A program made the translations under genes and the position numbers. A stretch of 64,000 bases of DNA from a virus (lineage: Duplodnaviria > Caudoviricetes): the IMG/VR virus record IMGVR_UViG_3300011337_000669; one strand, given 5' to 3'. Of this stretch, positions 21,348 to 29,314 are shown one piece after another (position 1 is the first letter of the stretch; every line of letters begins with the position of its first letter). A model generated the notes under the pieces. The model was not told where the DNA came from. It saw nothing but the letters and a program-made list of their open reading frames with translations, and ran no database searches.

Positions 21348-21911
21348 TTAACATACTCCAACATTTATTATTAATGTACCGCTTAACTGAACAAATTTTG
21401 CTCCGTCTGAAATTGTAAAATTAGCTCCGATTGGTGGGATCGTTAATTCTCTATTACCATAAACATTATCACCAACTTCTAAAATATCAAATGGTTTTGT
21501 TGTAAATATTTTTACATTTGCGGGATTTGCAAACGAATTAACTGATTGACAAACATTTTGATACCATCCACCAGTTCTTAAATTTCTTTCATAAACTGAT
21601 GACGGAGTAACTGATGGTGTCACAGTATTTGTTGGAGTTGGTGTTTGGGTTGTTGGTGTTGCGGATAAACTAACTGATGGAGTTATTGTAGGCGTAACCG
21701 TTGGAGTTGGTGTACTACTTGGACATAGCCCTATATTAGTTATACTTAACGGCCCACTGTAACTTTCTTGTATTAAATCTTCTGCACAAACAAACTCCGT
21801 GTTTAATGGTGTTATGGTTCCAACACTTACAACACTAGTACAACCTGTATATCGATAATATCCATCTTCAACACTATTGTAGTTTATTATTTGGTAATAG
21901 TTACATGCCAT
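21348..21911 (-). CDS. Small Thr/Pro-linker virion-type protein
   Basis: MAC-type N-terminus like its neighbours, TPT linker, Cys-terminated C-terminal domain. Confidence 0.6.
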   Translation of the reverse strand: MACNYYQIINYNSVEDGYYRYTGCTSVVSVGTITPLNTEFVCAEDLIQESYSGPLSITNIGLCPSSTPTPTVTPTITPSVSLSATPTTQTPTPTNTVTPSVTPSSVYERNLRTGGWYQNVCQSVNSFANPANVKIFTTKPFDILEVGDNVYGNRELTIPPIGANFTISDGAKFVQLSGTLIINVGVC

Positions 21912-23865
21912 ATATTAACTCATAAGTCAAATCATTATCAGGTATTAAAACATAATCCAAATCATTATCAGGTATTAATTCATAAGTTAAATCATTACTA
22001 GGTACAACAATCACACAATTAGGACAATCAGGATTCAACAATCCATATCTATTCTTTAGAATCTTAAAGTTGTGTTTTACCTGAGACGCATTCAATGGTT
22101 CAACATACATTCTAAACGCACTGACATCTCCAATCATACTACCACCAAAATATTCTTCTAACTTAATATGTGTGGTTAATCCCGAATATATTGTATTATC
22201 TAAATCATGAGTAGTCAAACACTCAGGGTCTTGTTGATATTCAATTTCATTAATAGTTTCAGGACATCCTCCTGAGAATGTTAAGTTGTCATGAAGACCT
22301 TGAGTACCTCCACCAATTGAAATATTATATCCAACACCAATTTGTTTTTCTTTTTGAACATCTAATAGTCTCGGAATAATCTCTTCAAAATTTTCGGCAA
22401 CCATAAACAACTTACCGTTAACAAATATTTTGAGAGCTCCTAATCTATATTTTTTCTCTTCAGTCCAATTATCATTAAAAGTTACAATTTCGGTTGTTGC
22501 CGGATCATAAGGTAATTCATGAGTCAGTGGAGGTTCAATTAAACTAACACTATTGTTTGCCGGTGTTGCAGTATAAATTGTATCAACAAGAAGACCAAGT
22601 CCTCCCTTTTCATAAAGGTCGCATGTATCCAACCACTGATTTCTTTGGAATACAGCGTCAATTTGAACCCAATGTTCTAAATTAATATACGGAGTATTCT
22701 TACATTCATCAAAAATACCTCTTGTTGAACACCATTCCGTTACGGAGGTTCCTGTCGCATAAGTCAATCCCGTCAAACAAGTACCACTTGTTTCACAACC
22801 TCCAGTTATTCTATATGTCTTGATACAAACTCTTGGGTTACCCGTGTCTCCACTCAATCGTATCGACAATCCATTAGATACACCATCATATAACGGGTCT
22901 TTTTCAGGGTATTGTGCGTTAACCTGGCATTCACAATTACATCCACACGAACAATTTTTTGATGTACCACCTGAAATCTGATATACTTCAAGGCAATCTG
23001 AAGAGGTATTGGCCGAACTAGCACATCCACAAGTATGCATACAAGTCAAACCTGAAGTTACTCTTGTATATCCTGTATCTTGTTTAGGTGACCCATCAGC
23101 ATAATGGTAGAATTTGTTTTCCGCTCTCGACCCCATATAAAAGAACGTACCTTTATTATTAGGGTATCGATTGTTCAGTCCGACACTTGTGTCTCCTGTC
23201 CATCGGTATCTTAACATAAACTCAGCAGTCCATCCTAACGGAACTCTCTGTGGAAAAATTTGGTAATCATATCCAGGTATTTTGTAAAACCCTTGAAAGA
23301 ATCCACCATTTAATCTGGCAAAGTATCCAACATCACCGCCATCAGTTGCATAGTTCAAATCGTAATTGTAAGAATCATCATTCCAAAGTCGATTTTGTGT
23401 GGTAGTAAATCCTGTGATAGGGTGAAGTTTCATTCTCCTATCGTACTTATACCTACTATATTTGTCGGAATTATTTATGTAAAGTCCTGTGGTTATTTGG
23501 ATTGTCTCCCCTGACATTTTTTTAACCAAACCATTATCAATACCTGTTAAACCAACATCACAAAGGTCAGTTACTTTAGGACAAAAGTTAGGGTCAATGT
23601 CATCTGGATTCCAATAATTTTCAGAAACAATAACATCATTATCAAAAGTACAAGAACCTGATTGGCATATCGTTGTTCCTGTACTATTGAAATCAAATCT
23701 GAATGGCATTCTATTTCCATCGACTTCACCTATTAATAATGGTGAAAAAATTACCTCTTGGTCATAGTCCTTCTCGTCTGAAGCCAAACAGATATCGGTA
23801 ATTTCATTGACGGGTTTAATACCCCAACGCCTAAAATTATACTGATTAATATTTTGATATGCCAT
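21901..23865 (-). CDS. Large putative structural protein with LamG-like elements
   Basis: GWTAEFML, KIFVNGKL, FGGSMIGDVSAFRMY..PLNASQVKHNF; Cys-rich; preceded by the TATTTAT motif. Confidence 0.55.
   Translation of the reverse strand: MAYQNINQYNFRRWGIKPVNEITDICLASDEKDYDQEVIFSPLLIGEVDGNRMPFRFDFNSTGTTICQSGSCTFDNDVIVSENYWNPDDIDPNFCPKVTDLCDVGLTGIDNGLVKKMSGETIQITTGLYINNSDKYSRYKYDRRMKLHPITGFTTTQNRLWNDDSYNYDLNYATDGGDVGYFARLNGGFFQGFYKIPGYDYQIFPQRVPLGWTAEFMLRYRWTGDTSVGLNNRYPNNKGTFFYMGSRAENKFYHYADGSPKQDTGYTRVTSGLTCMHTCGCASSANTSSDCLEVYQISGGTSKNCSCGCNCECQVNAQYPEKDPLYDGVSNGLSIRLSGDTGNPRVCIKTYRITGGCETSGTCLTGLTYATGTSVTEWCSTRGIFDECKNTPYINLEHWVQIDAVFQRNQWLDTCDLYEKGGLGLLVDTIYTATPANNSVSLIEPPLTHELPYDPATTEIVTFNDNWTEEKKYRLGALKIFVNGKLFMVAENFEEIIPRLLDVQKEKQIGVGYNISIGGGTQGLHDNLTFSGGCPETINEIEYQQDPECLTTHDLDNTIYSGLTTHIKLEEYFGGSMIGDVSAFRMYVEPLNASQVKHNFKILKNRYGLLNPDCPNCVIVVPSNDLTYELIPDNDLDYVLIPDNDLTYELIYGM
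21905..21995. repeat. Three imperfect 30-bp tandem repeats encoding (P.NDL.Y.LI)x3
   Basis: cataagtcaaatcattatcaggtattaa-type unit repeated three times. Confidence 0.85.
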
Positions 23866-23874
23866 AAACTAATG

Positions 23875-23901
23875 ATAAATACCTTATGTCATAGTATTTA
23901 T
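23875..23901. promoter_or_regulatory. Back-to-back TATTTAT motifs (candidate late promoters) between divergent genes
   Basis: ATAAATA at 23875-23881 (serving the minus-strand gene) and TATTTAT at 23895-23901 (serving the plus-strand gene); the same motif lies just upstream of at least 12 gene starts. Confidence 0.6.
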
Positions 23902-23917
23902 AGATAAAAAAAACGCT

Positions 23918-24739
23918 ATGATTCCTGTAGATACTGAATTTTTTTCATCACCATATTATTTCTTGATGAGAGACAAGGGAAATAAGTATTCGTTATATTT
24001 CTCTGTTGAGAATACTTTGACCGAAGCACGTAAAAAAGATGAGGTAATTCACTTCTCAAAAGAAAAAGGTGAAAAAGTAAAAAAACATTTGAAAAAAGTT
24101 GCAAAAGAGAAAAAAATCAAAGACACAAAAACTTTGAAGACCGACTTAGAGGAATTAGTGAATTCTGATGGAAGTATGTCAAATTCCAAAATTCCAATTT
24201 TGGACCCAAGATTACATCCAAGAAAAACTATGGACCAGACTGTTTCAGCGGCTCGTATCACAAACGACCCAATTTCTCGTGGTTATAGAACATACTACGG
24301 AGAAAGTGAAGTTAAGGAAATCGATATGTCAGGGGCATTTGGTTATGAGGAAACCAAAGATATGGATGGATGTGAAACTTACAAATATTTTGTAAAAGAA
24401 TTAGGAATGGAAAAAGATGAGGCTAAAGACCGAGTATCACAACAAGGTAAAGATTGGACGTGTAAAAAAGATGAAAAGTCAGAATATTCTGATGATCCAA
24501 ATTTTATAACAAGAGCAACACTATCTGAAATTCAAAAACAGAAGGCTATTAAGGTAGTTGAAGATATGTTGGCAAAAAAGAAAGATTCTAATTCTGCTGA
24601 CGTAGGTAAAAAAGATACTTCAAAAGATTTGGACAATTTATCTCCTGTGTTGAAAAAAAATCTTCAGTCTTTGATGAAACAAGCTGAAAAACACGGATTT
24701 TCTAAAAAAGACTTAATAAAAATAATTCAAGGTGAATAA
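23918..24739 (+). CDS. Hypothetical protein
   Basis: 273-aa ORF preceded by TATTTATA; stop overlaps the next start. Confidence 0.7.
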   Translation: MIPVDTEFFSSPYYFLMRDKGNKYSLYFSVENTLTEARKKDEVIHFSKEKGEKVKKHLKKVAKEKKIKDTKTLKTDLEELVNSDGSMSNSKIPILDPRLHPRKTMDQTVSAARITNDPISRGYRTYYGESEVKEIDMSGAFGYEETKDMDGCETYKYFVKELGMEKDEAKDRVSQQGKDWTCKKDEKSEYSDDPNFITRATLSEIQKQKAIKVVEDMLAKKKDSNSADVGKKDTSKDLDNLSPVLKKNLQSLMKQAEKHGFSKKDLIKIIQGE

Positions 24740-25208
24740 AGATTTATATAATTCGGCAAAAGGTGAAATTGAATTTCCATCTACCATGAGGGACCATATG
24801 AAAAAAAGTTTCCATATGGTAAAAGGTGCCGATGAAAATACTGAAGGATTTAACCGTAATCAAGAATTACAGGATAAAAATTTTATTGAATATAAACAAT
24901 TAAAAAGAATAAAAAACTTTTTTGACAATTTTATCGGAAATCAAAAAGAGCCTTCATTCATTTTGAATGGTGGTGTTGAAATGAAAAATTGGGTTAACAA
25001 TGAGTTAAGGAAAATGAGGGATTACACCAAAATGACCAAAACAAATAAAATGGATGCTGGAATGATGAATCAATTTATCAAACCTCATGAAAAAAAGAAT
25101 TTCAACAATGTTAGACCATCTCAACAACACGATAACACATTCAACAAACATGATGCGGCGGTAACTGAAAGTCTTAAAAGAATAAACGAAATAATGAAAC
25201 AATTATAA
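24732..25208 (+). CDS. Hypothetical protein
   Basis: 158-aa ORF in a tightly packed operon. Confidence 0.7.
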   Translation: MNKDLYNSAKGEIEFPSTMRDHMKKSFHMVKGADENTEGFNRNQELQDKNFIEYKQLKRIKNFFDNFIGNQKEPSFILNGGVEMKNWVNNELRKMRDYTKMTKTNKMDAGMMNQFIKPHEKKNFNNVRPSQQHDNTFNKHDAAVTESLKRINEIMKQL

Positions 25209-25210
25209 TT

Positions 25211-25504
25211 ATGGGAAACGAACTCGCAATCGATTTATCTCAAGATATACCAAATGCATTGACAGCAATTGGTGATGTAGAAAGAGCAAAACTAATACCT
25301 AAAAATGATTTTAACGCAGTTGGTAACGAATACTCTGTGGTTAACAGAGACGCTGTCGCTGATGGTGATTCTATGGGTAGAGGTACTGGAGCATTTTTGG
25401 ACGTTTATAATGTTAACGCGGGAACTATTACTGACGTTGTTGAACGAAAAAATGAAATAAAAATTAACAAATTTAATTCATCAAAAACTTACCCTAACTT
25501 TTAA
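25211..25504 (+). CDS. Hypothetical protein
   Basis: 97-aa ORF with TAATG overlap to the next gene. Confidence 0.7.
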   Translation: MGNELAIDLSQDIPNALTAIGDVERAKLIPKNDFNAVGNEYSVVNRDAVADGDSMGRGTGAFLDVYNVNAGTITDVVERKNEIKINKFNSSKTYPNF

Positions 25505-25884
25505 TGAAATTACAAGAAACACTTAAAGGTTTAATTTGTGAAATCGCTTCTGTCGATAGCGTCGTTAACGCTATTAAAAATAAACAGAAAGTGGTTATCT
25601 ATTACGATGGTGATGAACCAGGTGGTAGAGGACTCAGAGAAATTGAACCTGTGTGTTTAGGTACAAGTAAAGCAGGAAATAAAGTTATGAGAGCGTGGGA
25701 TGAGGAAGGTTCATCTCACACAGCCTACAAAGGAGAACAGCCTTTACCGGGATGGAGACTTTTTAGATTAGATAAAATTCTATCGCTGAAACCAACTGGA
25801 GAAAATTTCACAGAAATGAAACCTAATTTCAATCCAAATGGTGACAAAAGCATGACTTCAATTATTATTATAGCAAAATTCTAA
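25504..25884 (+). CDS. Stand-alone WYL-domain protein
   Basis: VVIYY...REIEPVCLG....VMRAW....WRLFRLDKILSL is the WYL-domain pattern. Confidence 0.8.
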   Translation: MKLQETLKGLICEIASVDSVVNAIKNKQKVVIYYDGDEPGGRGLREIEPVCLGTSKAGNKVMRAWDEEGSSHTAYKGEQPLPGWRLFRLDKILSLKPTGENFTEMKPNFNPNGDKSMTSIIIIAKF

Positions 25885-25886
25885 TT

Positions 25887-26525
25887 ATGGACCAATTAAT
25901 GCAAAAACTTATGATTTCTAAAGCCATCATGGATAAGACTGATGGTATCAAAAGAATCGATAATAGAGAAATGAACTCCCCATCAAATATGGTGGAATCA
26001 TTCAATATGCCACAAGCAAAATACAATATACCTCAAGAGTATCTTCAGGAACAACCATCGCAACAAATGAGTCAACCTTATTTATCATCTTTACCCGTTG
26101 AAAATACAAAGCCGGTTGGAGTACCTACAATAGATGCTATCAAAAATTCAAGACTTCCTGATGAGATTAAAAAACTTATGATGGAACACCCAATCTCACA
26201 ACCACAACAACAAACCGCAACCCTCTCTAATGATTTGATAGAAAGAGCTTCAAGATTAATGAAAGAAAACCCAAGTGGATATGTTCCAGAATCTGCGAAA
26301 CCAAAACAACAAACTCAGGTATCACAACAAACTCAGGTGTCACAACCAACAGGAAATATTGACTATAAGGTTTTACAGAAAATGATTAATGAAGCAGTTA
26401 ACAATGCACTAAAAGAAAATGGATTGTTAGTAGAATCGACCGACAAAACGAATGAGTTATTTAGTTTCAAAGTTGGTAAACACATATTTGAAGGTAAAGT
26501 AACAAAGATTAAAAAATTATCTTAA
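25887..26525 (+). CDS. Hypothetical protein, Q/P-rich centre
   Basis: 212-aa ORF ending at a terminator; contains an 18-bp QQTQVS tandem duplication. Confidence 0.7.
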   Translation: MDQLMQKLMISKAIMDKTDGIKRIDNREMNSPSNMVESFNMPQAKYNIPQEYLQEQPSQQMSQPYLSSLPVENTKPVGVPTIDAIKNSRLPDEIKKLMMEHPISQPQQQTATLSNDLIERASRLMKENPSGYVPESAKPKQQTQVSQQTQVSQPTGNIDYKVLQKMINEAVNNALKENGLLVESTDKTNELFSFKVGKHIFEGKVTKIKKLS

Positions 26526-26532
26526 CTAATTA

Positions 26533-26559
26533 GACCCACAATAAAATGTGGGTTTTTTT
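26533..26559 (+). terminator. Intrinsic terminator
   Basis: GACCCACA-ATAAAA-TGTGGGTT followed by a T run. Confidence 0.75.
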
Positions 26560-26570
26560 CTGATATTTAG

Positions 26571-26792
26571 TCCCCTTTTGATGACTATTGGCATTGTAAT
26601 CCAAACAAATATAATCCCGATTATATACATCCTCATAAAAAAAAGACATCATTTCAAATATGGAGTGAGGATAAAATTAGAATTGACAACATTATAAAAT
26701 ATAATTATAATTTGGAAGTGGTATGGGAATCAAATTTTGACGAAAAAACCACAATTCAAAATATAATTAAAAAATATGAAACAAAAAATTAA
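26571..26792 (+). pseudogene. C-terminal relic of a Vsr-like (EDxHD/DUF559-type) endonuclease
   Basis: Start-less frame reads SPFDDYWHCNPNKYNPDYIHPHKKKTSFQIWSEDKIRIDNIIKYNYNLEVVWESNF...KN*, with the (G)DYWHCNP and L.VVWE motifs; absent from the ORF track. Confidence 0.75.
26683..26711 (+). promoter_or_regulatory. Perfect sigma70-consensus promoter TTGACA-N17-TATAAT
   Basis: TTGACA 26683-26688, 17-nt spacer, TATAAT 26706-26711; 65 nt upstream of the first gene of the right glycan operon. Confidence 0.7.
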
Positions 26793-27999
26793 TGTTGTTG
26801 TAATCCCCAGTGACAAAAGTGGAGTCGGGAAATTTAGATCGGTTGACCCCCACATTTTTCTCCAAAATCAATATTCCGATGAATTCCACGTAGATATTGT
26901 CTATGAACCTCCATATGACGATGTCAATTTTTGGACTCAATATCAAATAGTTGCATATCATAGAAGTATCGGACCCGATTTTGATAGAGCAAACAGATTA
27001 ATCCAAATGTTAAACTCTTTGGGAGTTGTTACCGTTTGCGATATTGACGATTATTGGATGCCAGGTAAAGAGCACCCTATTCACGATATTATTCGAGTTA
27101 ATAAAATTAACGAAAAGATTGTTGCGAACCTTAAGGTTTCTAAATTTGTAACAACGACTACTGAAATATTCGCTGACGAAATTCGTAAGTACAATAAAAA
27201 CGTTATTGTGTTTCCAAATGCCATCAATCCAAATGAGGCTCAATTCAAAGAAAAAACTGAAGAATCAGACAAAGTTAGAATTGGGTGGTTAGGTGGTTCA
27301 TCTCACTTACACGATATTCAACTGTTAGATTCAGGGTTCTCCAAAATATTACATCTCAAAGATAAAGTACAATATGTATTGTGTGGATTTGACACTAGAG
27401 GAACTGTGACTGAAATCAACGCACAAACAGGTGAACAAACAAAAAGAAATATTTTGCCAGCAGAGACTGTATGGGCAAGATATGAAGAAATTTTTACACA
27501 AAATTATAAAATAGTTTCCGAGGGATACAAAAACCATTTATTAAAATATAGTCAAGAAGAGTACGTTAGTGACAAAAATGAATCATACTTGAGAGTTTGG
27601 ACTAAACCAGTTACAGGTTATGCCAAAAACTATTCAAAGTTTGACATTTCATTATCTCCAATCAAAAACACAATGTTTAATAGAATGAAATCACAACTCA
27701 AAGTAATTGAAGCTGGTTTCTATAAAAAAGCAATTATTGCATCCAATATTGGTCCTTATACTATTGATTTGAAACATTGTTTGGATAATGGGAATTTTGT
27801 TGACGGAAATGCTATTTTAGTTAATGAGGCTAGAAATCATGCGGATTGGGCAAAATTCATCGAAAAATTAGTTAAGAACCCAAATCTTATTAAAGATATG
27901 GGTGAAAGGTTATATGAAACAGTTAAAGACAAATATGACTTGAATAATGTAACGAATGATAGAAGACAATTTTATATAGATATTGCAAATAAATCATGA
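26776..27999 (+). CDS. GT-B (GT4-like) glycosyltransferase
   Basis: SGVGKFRS..PH, CDIDDYW, IGWLGGSSH, DISLSPIK...KSQLKVIEAG. Confidence 0.75.
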   Translation: MKQKINVVVIPSDKSGVGKFRSVDPHIFLQNQYSDEFHVDIVYEPPYDDVNFWTQYQIVAYHRSIGPDFDRANRLIQMLNSLGVVTVCDIDDYWMPGKEHPIHDIIRVNKINEKIVANLKVSKFVTTTTEIFADEIRKYNKNVIVFPNAINPNEAQFKEKTEESDKVRIGWLGGSSHLHDIQLLDSGFSKILHLKDKVQYVLCGFDTRGTVTEINAQTGEQTKRNILPAETVWARYEEIFTQNYKIVSEGYKNHLLKYSQEEYVSDKNESYLRVWTKPVTGYAKNYSKFDISLSPIKNTMFNRMKSQLKVIEAGFYKKAIIASNIGPYTIDLKHCLDNGNFVDGNAILVNEARNHADWAKFIEKLVKNPNLIKDMGERLYETVKDKYDLNNVTNDRRQFYIDIANKS

Positions 28000-28697
28000 T
28001 TAACATTCCATTAGAAAAATTACTTTTTATTGACATTGAAACCGTAGGAGTACAATCTGATTGGGAATCTTTAAAAAAATCCAACCTCGAACTTTCTTTC
28101 GTATTCGAAAATTATATCGATTGGTTTCAAAAAAGATTCCCTGAGGATGCTGATAAACCAGTTGGACAAATGTTTATTAATAGATCGGCATTGGTTCCTG
28201 AGTTTGCAAGAATTGCTTGTGTTAGTGTTGCTTTTGTCACAGAAAAAGGTGAAACAAAGATGCAATCATTTAGTAACGAAAATGAAAAAGATTTGTTACA
28301 AGATGTTCAAAAACTATTACGTAGAGTTGGTGAATTAGGATTTTTCTTGTGTGGACATAACGTCAAGGGATTTGATATTCCGATGTTAGCAAAACGAATG
28401 ATTATCAATGGTTTACTACCTCCAAAAATATTACCTGGTCATGATACAAAACCATGGGAAATTAAGGCGTTAGATACCAAAGAACTTTGGCAATACGGAG
28501 GATATGGCACAATCGCATCATTAGAATTGATGTGTGTTTCAATGGGAGTTGAATCTTCAAAAAATATGGAAGTCACAGGAAATAAAGTACATGAAGCGTA
28601 TTGGATAAATAAAGACATCAAAGGTATAGTAGAATACTGTGAAAAAGATGTGTTAGTATTAATTGATGTCATAAAAAAAATAACAACTTTAACATAA
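27996..28697 (+). CDS. DEDD 3'-5' exonuclease (PolB exonuclease-like, stand-alone)
   Basis: FIDIETV (ExoI), GHNVKGFDIP (ExoII), YCEKDV (ExoIII). Confidence 0.85.
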   Translation: MINIPLEKLLFIDIETVGVQSDWESLKKSNLELSFVFENYIDWFQKRFPEDADKPVGQMFINRSALVPEFARIACVSVAFVTEKGETKMQSFSNENEKDLLQDVQKLLRRVGELGFFLCGHNVKGFDIPMLAKRMIINGLLPPKILPGHDTKPWEIKALDTKELWQYGGYGTIASLELMCVSMGVESSKNMEVTGNKVHEAYWINKDIKGIVEYCEKDVLVLIDVIKKITTLT

Positions 28698-29314
28698 TGC
28701 AGAAATTAAACGAAAACATTGACGATGATATTTGGAAACAAATCCAAGAAACATTCAATCAAATAAAACAAGATACGGGAATTGAACCTGAAGAAAATTA
28801 TGTAAAAGAACTGGAAGACTTGTTAGGAATGTCTGTTGATGAAATGAACGAAACTCATATAACAGCGATGAAAACCAGAACAATTGGAGTTCAGCTAGTT
28901 CATGATGACGCAAAAATACCATCATATGCTTATACTTCTGATTCTGGTTTTGATTTACGTTCAACAACAGAAATTAACATTCCTCCATTCGGAAGAGCTT
29001 TAGTTCCAACTGGTTTAGTATTATCTATCCCTGAAGAATATGAAATTCAAATCAGGCCTAAAAGTGGATTAGCACTAAATCAAGGAATAACAGTATTAAA
29101 TACTCCCGGTACGGTCGACTCAGGATACGTTGGTGAGATTAAAGTTATTTTATTTAACACTAACAATCAAACGGTTACAATATCAAAAGGAATGAAAATT
29201 GCTCAAGCGGTTTTGTGTCCTGTGATGTGTGGAAAATATGTTTCATTTGAATTGACGAATAAAGTTGATGATAAAGATAGAGGTAGTAATGGTTTTGGAA
29301 GTACAGGATTATGA
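28697..29314 (+). CDS. dut: dUTPase with an N-terminal extension
   Basis: All five motifs present: SGFDL, RPKSG, GTVDSGYVGE, KIAQAV, RGSNGFGSTG. Confidence 0.95.
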   Translation: MQKLNENIDDDIWKQIQETFNQIKQDTGIEPEENYVKELEDLLGMSVDEMNETHITAMKTRTIGVQLVHDDAKIPSYAYTSDSGFDLRSTTEINIPPFGRALVPTGLVLSIPEEYEIQIRPKSGLALNQGITVLNTPGTVDSGYVGEIKVILFNTNNQTVTISKGMKIAQAVLCPVMCGKYVSFELTNKVDDKDRGSNGFGSTGL

